NCBI GenBank assembly: GCA_965240325.2
Contig: OZ251225.1
Location: 2,790,001-2,854,000, forward strand
Direction: 5' to 3'
Origin: Rebecca billardiae RCC1528
Lineage: Eukaryota > Protista > Haptophyta
Length of the DNA stretch: 64,000 nt
How positions within the stretch are numbered: the stretch's first letter is position 1; the number at the start of each line of letters is the position of its first letter. A model generated the notes under the pieces. The model searched no databases, was not told where the DNA came from, and worked only from the letters and a program-made list of their open reading frames with translations. Made by a program: the position numbers and the translations under genes. Positions 1 through 10,146 of the stretch are shown one piece after another.

Positions 1-242
1 GCCACTGCCGACGAGTCGGGCGCGCACTGCGCCATGAAGGCCGCGCTCGTGGTGGTCGTCAACCGATTGACACGCGCCTTCACCCCGGGGTCCCGGCACG
101 CACCATCGAGGTGCGTGCTCATGAGCACCTGCCCGCGCACGAGCACTGCGCGAAGACGTTCGCACTCCTCGGCCTCGCCGGCAGCACGCCCGTTGGGCGT
201 GCACGCGAGCACCGCGAGCAGCACCAGCGCCGACCGCCTCAT
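1..242 (-). CDS. 5' part of a tandem paralog of the secreted methyltransferase-like gene at 1845-3269 (runs off the window edge)
   Basis: 1-240 is nearly identical to 3019-3270 apart from one indel region. ATG at 242 gives MRRSALVLLAVLACTPNGRAAGEAEECERL, a signal-peptide-like start. Confidence 0.75.
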   Translation of the reverse strand, partial: MRRSALVLLAVLACTPNGRAAGEAEECERLRAVLVRGQVLMSTHLDGACRDPGVKARVNRLTTTTSAAFMAQCAPDSSAV

Positions 243-819
243 CTTCCTGGGGGGGGCGATCCGGCGCCCATGCGGATGCACGATCGATCGGATCGATGCT
301 GGTCGGGTTTCGTTGTCTAATTTCCGGTTTTACCCGCCTTCGTGTATTCCCGTGCAATACACTGTCTGCTAGTAGTAGCAGTGCTACTATTTCACTCGGG
401 CCGATCGACAACAGCCCTGCTCAGGCTGGTCCACTCTCGGAGCAAAGCTGCATGGCGAGCTGTGTTGCCACCGGAAGGGCACCGGGCGCGTGCACGTTCA
501 CGAATAACTACTGCACACCTCCGAGCGCCAAAAGCGGCGCGGCTTCAGGCTCAACTCCGGCTGTGGTGATAGCAGTTACTCAATGAGCTGATAGCAATTA
601 TTAGCAGTTACTCAATAACTCATTAGCATGCTCGGACGGACAACGTGATCGATGGCTGAGTCTAGTGCGTGCATCAGTCGCGCGATATCACTTCTCTTGC
701 CGATCTTCCGCGAACGGTATACATGGCTTACATCGCGCCTACAGTTTACTGTGATTTTATTTTTAACGTGCACACTTGGTTAAGGCGTGATTACGTGCTG
801 ACGACTGTATTCTGCTGCT

Positions 820-822
<3 letters not shown>

Positions 823-867
<45 letters not shown>
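823..867. repeat. (TA)n microsatellite
   Basis: Perfect TA dinucleotide run. Confidence 0.97.
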
Positions 868-870
<3 letters not shown>

Positions 871-1470
871 CCGACGACCCATTCAGCCACTCCGCCAGCA
901 CGTCGGTTCCGAACAGAGGTCGAGATGTGCGGTATTCCGATGGCGGAAAGCCTGCGTTTCATGTCATGCTCTCTCTCTCTCCGTCTCTCTCTCGCTCGCT
1001 CGCGTTCAAACTTAATCTGCTCATCTCGTAATCGTCTCATCTCTGTAGCACTTGAGAGCCTGACTACAATCGGGCGGTAGGAAATTAGCAGAGTCTGAAC
1101 TGCCTTGCCTTACCTTACCTTACCTTCTTCACGGCGGCGGCGTGGCGGACACCTATTTGGAAATACGCTTCACAGGTAAGATTCCGTCCGAAACCCAATA
1201 CGAGCCGTCGCGTTTGCGGCCTAGCGGGGCGCATCTCTTTGTTGGCAGCAAAACACGCTTCACGCGCCGTTTTGCGGTTTTCGATGGGCCTTGACTATGG
1301 GGCGGCTCCAACTTGGATTCCTCAACGGTGCTCGTGATGCTCTCTGAACATGCAACGAAAGTACTCACACTGAGTCACAGCCGCTCCTAGAAGTCCTAGT
1401 CTCAAAAATGACCAAAAGCCCCAGAACTCAGAACTCACAAGTCACAGAAGGCGCCGCGCGTGAATACTGT

Positions 1471-1512
1471 CCTGCCTGAGCTGTGTGCGTCTCTTATTCT
1501 TAGTAAACTGTA
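1471..1512 (-). repeat. Dispersed ~48-bp TIR-like repeat, copy 1 (partial)
   Basis: cctgcctgagctgtgtgcgtctcttattcttagtaaactgta, the reverse complement of most of 21506-21553. Confidence 0.85.
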
Positions 1513-1663
1513 GAGTGTAGTGCAATGCGACCAGGTGGTCAGTACAGAGTAGTCTCTTCTTAATTAAGGGAAACGGTTCGGTGCTCGCCGTCTCGCCTAA
1601 TCCGAAATGTCCGAATCCCGGTGGCTGAAAGGCGGAAAATCCGCCAGGTATAACGAACGGACT

Positions 1664-1711
1664 ATCTCGCCTGCCTGAGCTGCGTGCGTCTCTTATTCTT
1701 AGTAAACTGTA
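1664..1711 (-). repeat. Dispersed ~48-bp TIR-like repeat, copy 2
   Basis: atctcgcctgcctgagctgcgtgcgtctcttattcttagtaaactgta. Confidence 0.85.
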
Positions 1712-1844
1712 TATCGTTGAATCATAGAATGAGTATAAAGCGGCAAAGCACGGTGCCTGTGGCTGTGACTTCACGGACGGGCAGACCGAGCCGTCTCGTC
1801 CGAGCGTCTAGTCAGACACTCGCGCGGCCGGTCCATGCTCGTCA

Positions 1845-3269
1845 TCACCACAGAGGCAGCTTCCACAAGCAGAGCACCCTCACGAAGTGCTCGTGCTCGT
1901 GATATAGAGCAGTGCCCTGAGCGCTGTGGTTGAGCCGCCACCGCCAGCGATCTGCGTCAGGATCTGGGTCATCCGGTGCTGGCCCCTGCTTCTGCACGTC
2001 CAGCTGCATCTCGGGCGGCAGCGTCTTATTGTGAAAAGTGCCATCGTAGCCTATCGCGAGGATGGGCGGGCGCAAGGAGTACGGCTGGTCGAGAAGGTTC
2101 AGTGGCCAAAAGGAGCCAAAGCCCCTCCCTGGGATGAAATACTTGGCGGATTTCTTGTTCGTGCCGTACGGGAAGAACGTGGACAGGAAGTACTGGGCGC
2201 CCGACGCGTTCACCGCGCGCAGCACCTCGCCGACGCGCTCAGGCGAGAAGTGGAAGAGCAGGTCACGCATGATCACCAGGTCGGCCGGCCAGAGCCGCTG
2301 CTTCGCCACGTCAAACGGCATGAAGGAGACGCGGCCCGGCTCGCCAAAGACACTGTCGAGCGCGTGCACGAGCTCGGGCACGAGGTCCAACCCCGTGTAC
2401 CGCACGCCCATCCGGCGCATCCGCGCCGCGCCAGGCGTGCCACTCGAGCTGTGCACCAGGCTGCGCATGTAGGAGAAGTCGCCGCACGGCACGTCGACGA
2501 TGGAGCGGATGCCGAGGACCTCGACGATGGCGGGCAGCGCCGTGCGGATGCCAAAGGTCGCAAGCAGCGTGCTGCCCGGGCCGCTACCCGTCCAGAACGT
2601 GTTGCTCCCGCCATACGCCTGACTCGCAGACAGCCCGCTGCTCCGGGCGCGCGCCACGAGGTCCCTGTAGTACCTGGCGTACTTCTGTTTGGCATACAGA
2701 GCGTCTGCCGTTGTGTTGCGAGTAGCGCGGGTGGCGCGCAGCGCGAGCTCGTTGTCCACGCTGCAGTCCGCACCGCCGTGGCGCGTCAGGGGGGGCTGGC
2801 CCTGTTGGAGCGCGCACGCACACCGACCCTGCGACGTGCACACCCCGTGCTTCGGGCCAGAGCATGCATTCGAGTCACTCGGCTCGCACGCGCGCCGCGA
2901 CGCTCGGTGCGGACGCAGCAGCGACTCGAGCGATCGGCACGTGATGGCATCTCGCTCCAGATCACACGTCGGCACGCGCGTCTGCATGCACGGAGAGCCA
3001 TCATGCGGGCTCCGTGGGGCCACTGCCGACGAGTCGGGCGCGCACTGCGCCATGAAGGCCGCGCTCGTGGTGGTCCTCACCCCAAACGACCACTGTGAGA
3101 AATGCACCTTCGCCCCGGGGTCCCGGCACGCACCATCGAGGTGCGTGCTCATGAGCACCTGCCCGCGCACGAGCACTGCGCGAAGGCGTTCGCACTCCTC
3201 GGCCTCGCCGGCAGCACGCCCGTTGGGCATGCACGCGAGCACCGCGAGCAGCACCAGAGCCGACCGCAT
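1845..3269 (-). CDS. Secreted protein with Cys-rich EGF-like region and C-terminal class I SAM-dependent methyltransferase-like domain
   Basis: Signal peptide MRSALVLLAVLAC; EGF-like CSGPKHGVCTSQGRCAC...GGADCS; MTase-like motifs SGPGS, IRSIVDVPCGD, YTGLDLV, DLVIMRDLLFHF. Confidence 0.75.
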   Translation of the reverse strand: MRSALVLLAVLACMPNGRAAGEAEECERLRAVLVRGQVLMSTHLDGACRDPGAKVHFSQWSFGVRTTTSAAFMAQCAPDSSAVAPRSPHDGSPCMQTRVPTCDLERDAITCRSLESLLRPHRASRRACEPSDSNACSGPKHGVCTSQGRCACALQQGQPPLTRHGGADCSVDNELALRATRATRNTTADALYAKQKYARYYRDLVARARSSGLSASQAYGGSNTFWTGSGPGSTLLATFGIRTALPAIVEVLGIRSIVDVPCGDFSYMRSLVHSSSGTPGAARMRRMGVRYTGLDLVPELVHALDSVFGEPGRVSFMPFDVAKQRLWPADLVIMRDLLFHFSPERVGEVLRAVNASGAQYFLSTFFPYGTNKKSAKYFIPGRGFGSFWPLNLLDQPYSLRPPILAIGYDGTFHNKTLPPEMQLDVQKQGPAPDDPDPDADRWRWRLNHSAQGTALYHEHEHFVRVLCLWKLPLW

Positions 3270-4636
3270 CGTAATCCTGGCCCAGCCACGTCCACTGAGA
3301 ATCAGCCTGAAACGGCTGAGGGCCCTCGCGGAGGCTTGCGTCGAGCCCGCTCGGCCGTTTCGCTGAGAGAGCGGTGATCCTGCAGGCGCGCGTGCCGCCA
3401 AATAATGCAACCGCAGCGGAGGTCTCTTCGCCTTTGACCCCACAATCAATTGTTGGGACTTGCTGCTGCTGGGGACTCAGAACGATCTTGCCGAGATGCT
3501 CTATCAAAGTGAGGTCGACATGCTCTATATGTCACACATAGGACGGCCGTTACATACCGTTTCCAATAAGTTCAGGCTCGTTCTAATAAGTAAATATGCT
3601 AGCCGTTACGCCCTATATTCAGGGTACGTGCACCTGCTTTTTTTGCTTGGCTGGCCCGGACCCCTCCAGAGGGCAAATGATCCAGCCCGAAATCAGCGCT
3701 AAACACTCGCTAGGACCAGCGCTCGTAGCCGTCAGTCACGTCACAGTGCCACTTTGGCCCCCTACTTCATTCAGTCTTCAGAGCCCCTGGGGCGCCAGCA
3801 AGCCCTGGTTGCTCACTCTGACTCTCAGCCGGCCTGAGAGCGCCGCCGGTCCGCGAGAAGACGGACCCGCGGTCATAGTTAGCTAGTGAATATACTATAT
3901 CTAAACGTGACTATACTGTCTGCTAGTCTACTGTGACAGTGATGTCCAGCGTGACTGTGAACATTGTCCGGGCAGACCGAGCTGCAGTGTTGGACCCGCC
4001 CAAAATTTACGCGGCATCACAGTTATTACAAATACAAAGCCAAGTGACAGCAGTTGCCGGCTCGCCAACTGGCAACTGGCACGGATGCCAACGGCCCCGG
4101 GCTAGTGAATAGTAAGCCTAAGTGCCAGCCCGAAGTGAGGCCCGCATCTTGATTGATGATTCGCCGCACGGGCAGCGGGCCACGCCGCACGCGGCCGCCA
4201 CGCCCACGGCAGACGGTCACGGACCATGATCCGCGGTACAACTGTGAACTGATCCGCGTGAGACGGCAGGCCTGTGAGATTGTTTCGCGTGCAGGCGGGA
4301 GCTGAGCGCGGTGCCTAGACTCGCTGCTGTTCACGGTGGGGAAGTTTCACGATCATGGAGCGTCATCAGCCCAACACGTTGCTGTCGTTGGGCGCGCTCC
4401 GGGCCAGTGACCGGGCCGTCGGAGGCGGACTCGCTGCGCCTAGTTGTGCGCGCCTGGCCACGGAGAAAGACGGTCACTGTAGGACGCAGCAGGTCGGCGC
4501 GTGCGGAACGCACGGACGGCGGGTGAGCGGGTCGCGAGGCGTGAGAGACAACACAAGGCGCTGGGCAGGCAGATCACGGCGTGGCGCCAGGGGCGAGCTC
4601 CGCGGCGGGCGGTCCGGCGCGCTCGCGCACTGCGCG

Positions 4637-5843
4637 CTACGGCACCTTCTTCGCCGCCGCGCGCAGCCTGCTCATCTCCTTCTCATATGCGTCCGACTTC
4701 ATCGGCGAGGGCATTTTGCGCGCCGCGAGCGCCATGCCGCGCGCCGCGTCCGCCATGCTGAGCCCGAGCTCCACGACCTGCGAGCCCATCTCGTGGCCGA
4801 ACGCGCGCGAGACCGCAGCCACGTCGATGCCGGCCTTCGCGGCCACCCCATCCTTGGGCGCGGAGCCGAGCAGCGCGTCCAGACCGCCAGTCGCCTGGTT
4901 ACCCTGCTGCCACATCTTCATGCCCTGCTCCATGGCCTGCTTCACCTCCGCCGCCTGCGGCCCGCCCTGCGAGACCTGGTCCATCATCGAGCGCGCCTGC
5001 TCCATCGTCTCCTTCCACTTGGCCGGGTCCTTCACCGCCTCGGCCAGCCCCGGCACGGACGCGGCCATCTGCTTGAACATCGGGTGCTGGAGCAGCTGCT
5101 GCCGTGACTCCTCGAGCTTCTTCGGGTCCGAGAGCGCCTCGAGCACCTCCTTCTGCTGCGCGCCGCCGAACATCGACTGCATCATGTCCCCCGCGCCGCC
5201 GAGGCCGGCGGGCGGGCCGCCCCCGCCACCAGCACCGGCAGGCATCGCATCGAGCTCGTCCAACCCGCGGTCGACGTCGTCGCCGTCCGAGTCGGCTCGC
5301 GACGCGACGCGCGACTGAGCGGCGACTGAGCCGCGCACCTGCGTCACCGTGATCTGATCGCCGTCCTGCACGCCAGCCGCGGCGAGGCTGTCTCCGGCCG
5401 CGAGCTTCTTGCCCTTGAAGAAGACGGCCTGCCGGTCGGCTCGCAGGCCCTGCTGCGACGCAATGGACTCCTGCAGCTCGGACACGCTGCCCGCGGTGAT
5501 GTCGAGCTTCTTGCCCTGCACGGTCGCCGTCACACGTCGCTTCTCCTGCTCGTACGGACGGGCGAGCACGTATCGGCGATGCAGGCGGGTAGGCGTGGTC
5601 GTGCGTGAGGATCGCAGACACGGACGCATGCCGGCGCGCGTGCGCGTGCGGTCGCAGGCACCTCCGCGCGCGTGCGCGCGCAAGAGCGGACGGCGCGCGG
5701 AGGAGGAGACAGAGAAGAGCGCCGAGGCGCTTGGGGACATGCAGCGCAGGATATGCCACTCAGCCATGAGCCTCACGCACCGAGCCACCATAGGCCGTCG
5801 TCGCGAGGAGAGCCAAGGCCAGCGCGAGGAGTACGCGCGCCAT
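4637..5843 (-). CDS. Signal peptide + ubiquitin-like domain + STI1-like (ubiquilin-like) protein; exons 5843-5781 and 5545-4637
   Basis: Exon 1 MARVLLALALALLATTAYGGS; phase-0 GT-AG intron 5780-5546; UBL (QAVFFKGKKLAAGDSLAAAGVQDGDQI); STI1-like segment (DPKKLEESRQQLLQHPMFKQM...DPAKWKETM). Confidence 0.75.
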
Positions 5844-6109
5844 CGGCGAGCGGACGGCCGACATCGCTACCGATGATGATGAGATTATCAGCGCAATTAC
5901 CCGTCGACACGTGGCAAGCGAGCGTCGGCCGCGCCCGCCATGGATTTCGTCGTCGTCGTTGAAGCTTCCGATTGAGTCTGTGCGCGAAGTGCGCTGTGCG
6001 CGTGAGTACAGTAAACGCAGCGGCGGAAGCAACTGGTTCCGGAGGGAAGACGACGGGAGCCGGCCACGTCGTGCACGCAAGCCATGGCGGCGGCATCATA
6101 GATCGAGAG

Positions 6110-7081
6110 ATGAACAAGGCCGATCGTGACGCGCGCGCGCAGATCCCACCCGCGGTGCATCTCGCCGCGGGGGCGGTATCGGGGGCGCTTCAGACGATCG
6201 CGTGGCACCCGCTCGACTTGCTCAAGACGCGCATGCAGGTGCAGGACGCGCGTCTGGGCCGGCTGCCCGTCTACACGTCGCTGCTCGACGCCGTGCGCAC
6301 CATCATGCGCTCGGAGAGCTGGAGGGGATTCTTCCACGGGCTCGCGCCGAACGTGTGCGGCTCAGCGCTGGCGTGGGGCCTGCAGATGCCCCTCTACTCG
6401 CGGCTCAAGCGCCTCGCGGCGGACACGGCCGAGGGCGGCGACGCTGCGCAGCCGCACCCTTGGCGCGACCTGGCATGCTCGCTGTGCGCGGGCTGCATCA
6501 CCAACCTGTTCGTGCACCCGATCTTCCTGGTGAAGACGCGGATGCAGCTGCAGGTCCTCCCGAAGCGCGCGGCGCTCGACGGGGGCGTCGGCGCCGGTCC
6601 CACCGCGAGCTACGTCGCCGTCGAGGCCTCGGGCGACGTCGCTTACCAGTCGAGCCTGCACGCCGTGCGCTGCATCGTGCGCGACGAGGGCCTCGGCGGG
6701 CTGTACCGAGGGTTCGCGCCGTCGATGCTGCTCGTCTCGCACGGCGCGATCCTGCTCATGTCGTACGACCAGCTCCGCGTCGTCTGCCCCTCTGTGCTCA
6801 CGGCGTCCTTCCTCGCAAAGATGTTCGCGACGATGGTGACCTACCCGTCGCAAGTGATGCGCGCGGTGATGCAGCAGCGGCCACAGGCGGGCGCGCGCGG
6901 CGTGCCATACTCGAGCATGCTCATCACGGCGCAGACGCTGTGGCGGCAAGGCGGTGTGCGCGCCTTCTACCGCGGCATCTACGCCCAGATGCTGCGCACG
7001 GTGCCGCAGTCGATGGCCTTCTTCAGCATCTACGAGTTCATGCTCAAGCAGATTGGCGCCATGCACGACTATGTCAGATGA
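6110..7081 (+). CDS. Mitochondrial carrier family (SLC25) protein, folate/FAD/NAD carrier-like
   Basis: Three carrier repeats with signature motifs HPLDLLKTRMQ, HPIFLVKTRMQ, YPSQVMRAVMQ; GLYRGF and AFYRG. Confidence 0.9.
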   Translation: MNKADRDARAQIPPAVHLAAGAVSGALQTIAWHPLDLLKTRMQVQDARLGRLPVYTSLLDAVRTIMRSESWRGFFHGLAPNVCGSALAWGLQMPLYSRLKRLAADTAEGGDAAQPHPWRDLACSLCAGCITNLFVHPIFLVKTRMQLQVLPKRAALDGGVGAGPTASYVAVEASGDVAYQSSLHAVRCIVRDEGLGGLYRGFAPSMLLVSHGAILLMSYDQLRVVCPSVLTASFLAKMFATMVTYPSQVMRAVMQQRPQAGARGVPYSSMLITAQTLWRQGGVRAFYRGIYAQMLRTVPQSMAFFSIYEFMLKQIGAMHDYVR

Positions 7082-7881
7082 TCTGCTCGTCGGTGCCAGC
7101 GTAATCCACGGTCGGCGGACTCGGCGACGTGAACTGCTGTGCCGTGACGTCACCTTGGACTGACGCATCATGGGCGGTCGGACCCAATCACCTTGCGGAC
7201 TTCAACGTGAACGGTCATCAGAATGCATTCGGCCGAATAATAATTATTACTTTAAAATAATAATAAGCTGCTAGCAGTCGTCGCGTACCTCTGAGGCAAT
7301 TAGTAGATCCGGACTGCTACTGCTAGGCTGATCTAAAGGCTAAAGACTTCGTGACCGTCGTACTGCTGCCAGTCAGTCACATCACAGTCACAGAGTGTAA
7401 TGACCGTGCAGTAGATTCCGCATCGGCATCGGCCTCGGGAATTCCGAGGATGATTCGAATATATGTGGTGTTATTGGTACAATAACTGAGTGTGTACGAG
7501 CTGCATGACGGATGGGCTCGCTGTGAGGCCTCTGCACTCCACTTACCTGTTTCGTCGCAGCCGCCCTCGCAGAATTTCAGGACTCTTCTGCGGGTACGCC
7601 GCGGGTGCACGAGCAAAGTGCCCTGCCAGAGCGGCGGACGAACCAGCCATGCTGCTGCCCCCGGGCATTCGGCAAGTCATCGGCGCGAGCGCCGCCTCGC
7701 TTCTCGATGAGCAGCGAGCTGGGAATCGGCAGCGCACAACCTGAGCGCGCCAGGTACCTCTCGCCTCGTCCTTCGACCACAGGATGCCCACCATCAACTC
7801 GTCTCAGCAAGTCGTCCCTCGGCTGAGCACGTGCACCACGCAGCAGCGCAGCAGCAAACGACCAGCAGCTGCTTTGTTTGG

Positions 7882-8009
7882 TGTATGTATGTATGTATGT
7901 ATGTATGTATGTATGTATGTATGTATGTATGTATGTATGTATGTATGTATGTATGTATGTATGTATGTATGTATGTATGTATGTATGTATGTATATGTAT
8001 ATGTATGTA
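7882..8009. repeat. (TGTA)n tetranucleotide microsatellite
   Basis: Long run of tgta units. Confidence 0.97.
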
Positions 8010-8173
8010 TTTATTTAAACCGTTGCCGCACGACTGCGTGTGTCACTGTCAGGGTGCATTACAATTACAAATTAGCTATCGGTCAAAATCGCGTCGCGGC
8101 ACTCGTCCGGCAGCTTACTCATTTAGTGAGTCGCGTCATATTGAGTCATAAGTTCTACTGAGTGCATATTCCA

Positions 8174-8353
8174 ATCTCCGGCCTGCCTGACAGCTGTGCC
8201 TGTGTCGTCTCTTTATTTTTTATTTGTTTTAAAAACTGTTCCGTTTGGGTAAACTGTACGAAGTTAGCTGCTGGTAGCTTACAGTTTACTGTACTATTTA
8301 TGAAGAATAAGAGACGCGCATTGACACAGCTCAGACTATAAGGCAGGCGAGAT
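8174..8353. repeat. Two degenerate copies of the 48-bp TIR-like repeat in inverted, tail-to-tail arrangement
   Basis: 8174-8258 (atctc..gcctgcctga..gtaaactgta) and 8280-8353 (tacagtttact..aagaataagagacgc..ggcaggcgagat), both interrupted by short insertions. Confidence 0.7.
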
Positions 8354-8570
8354 ACATAATGCCCGCCCGCCACCGCCCACGGGAGCCGTCGGCCCGTCGC
8401 CGATGGTAGCATACAGTCCGGGGAAAACGGGGTCCGGAAAACACGTTGGCCGGCCGAAAACGACTGCGGCTTGGTCATCAATAAGATTCCACGGCCGCAC
8501 GAGGATGGCATCTGCCACGCGCGCCGGCGGCAGCATGCCCATCTATCGGGCGCCGTCGACGGAGCCGCTC

Positions 8571-9467
8571 ATGGCAAGCACGGCGGAAGGCCATGCGCCA
8601 GAAGAGGACGACCAGAAAGCGGACGCGCCTCCGCGGCCGAGACTGCAGAAGGGGCGCGACATGGCGAGCTTCCTCGCACCCAAGCCCAAGCAGCCGGCCA
8701 ACGCACCCGCGAAGAAGTCCTTCATCATCAACTTCGAGCAGTTCCCGCTGTGGATGCGTGAGGGGCCTTGGCAGTGGAACGCAGTCTTCTTCATACCACT
8801 CGCGACGGCTGCCGTGATCGCGCTTGCGCCAAGAGCGCTCGCGACCATGCCTGCCGCACACCCGCATGCCACGTTGTCGGAGATGCAGGCGTATGCCGCA
8901 GCTGCGCTCTTTGTGTACTGCGTGGGCATCCTGGTGCTGATGTTCCGCACGGCTGGCGCGAGCCCCATGGTATCTTTCACCATGCTTTCCTGGCTCATGT
9001 CGACGCTACGCTTTGGCTTCCTCGCGATGGATCGCTTTGCGCCGGCCGTGCGCGTCGTGTCTGAGTTCCTGCGTGGCCCTGCGCTCAGCAACTCCATCTT
9101 CCTCGGGCTCGTGTGGTGGCTCGCCCTCGTGCCGGTGATCGCGTACTTCTCGAAGAGCCCGCAAGCGCGGCGAGGATTCTTCAAGTTCAACTTCTCCTTC
9201 TTCCTGCTAAACGTGCACCTGCTGAATATGGCGCTCGGCATGGCGCAGCACCGGCTTGACCCGCGGCCGCTGCGCCTCTTCGACCTGTGGACGACGCTCG
9301 CCTTCTCGATGATGTACGTCATCTTCTACCTGGGGTACCTTGATCGCACGGGCGTGCACCTGTACATCATCCTCTCGCCGCGCACAAAGTTCGCTTTCGT
9401 CGTCTACTCCTCGCTGATAGCGCTGCAGCTCGGGCTGCACAAGCTCTTTGGCGGCAGCCTCGATTGA
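8571..9467 (+). CDS. Multi-pass membrane protein, possibly FAR-17a/AIG1/ADTRP-like; start uncertain (alternative 8505)
   Basis: About 7 hydrophobic segments; SFT and NVH motifs positioned like the Thr/His pair of AIG1/ADTRP. Confidence 0.65.
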   Translation: MASTAEGHAPEEDDQKADAPPRPRLQKGRDMASFLAPKPKQPANAPAKKSFIINFEQFPLWMREGPWQWNAVFFIPLATAAVIALAPRALATMPAAHPHATLSEMQAYAAAALFVYCVGILVLMFRTAGASPMVSFTMLSWLMSTLRFGFLAMDRFAPAVRVVSEFLRGPALSNSIFLGLVWWLALVPVIAYFSKSPQARRGFFKFNFSFFLLNVHLLNMALGMAQHRLDPRPLRLFDLWTTLAFSMMYVIFYLGYLDRTGVHLYIILSPRTKFAFVVYSSLIALQLGLHKLFGGSLD

Positions 9468-10146
9468 TAATGGCGGATAATGCCGCGCTTCGGAAGCCTC
9501 CAGTCCAGACTCCGTGACTGACTCTGTCGCGACACTATCAGCGCGCTCGTCACTCGTTTCCGTCTCACGAGCGTCTGATGACTCTGCTCCGTCTCAGTCT
9601 CATTCGAAGGCAAAGCACAGGCACTCTCCGGAATCTCCGAGTGTCCCGATCTACCATCAGGCTCTATCTACTCCGGACTCGCTGCGTAGCGTGACGCGTC
9701 GTTACCAGCAGTACGGCCGCGTCCGATCACGTCGCCGATCACCGATGGCGATGTGCCGACGATGTCCGATGTCGTCGTCTCTCAGTCTCTGACTCAAGCT
9801 CAGCAGCTCAGCTGCCCTCTCAGACTGCTGCTCAAAGAGACAGCTGAGACTGCGGCTGAGTTCGAGTGAGACTGCGAGTAGCTGATAATAATTTAAGAAT
9901 AAGATGACGAACAGCGAAGAACGTATCATACATTTTTCTAATATAGCAGTATAAACGGGCCCGGGAACGCCGCAATTCTGCGCGCGTTGGACTCAGTGTC
10001 AGAGGTCGCATTGGCATCGTCGCGTCATCGACTGACCCGGTGCAGAGAGGTGCCCAAAGGCCAAGCTTCTCATCCGCTTGCCGTCGTAATGATTCTGATG
10101 CCAGCTTGATGCTGTGAAGAGCACCGGCATCAGCGCGCCTTGGGCG

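Noticed and set aside
669-8161. ORFs with YIYI or MYVC repeats (669-1031, 7784-8161)
   Set aside because: Translations of microsatellites
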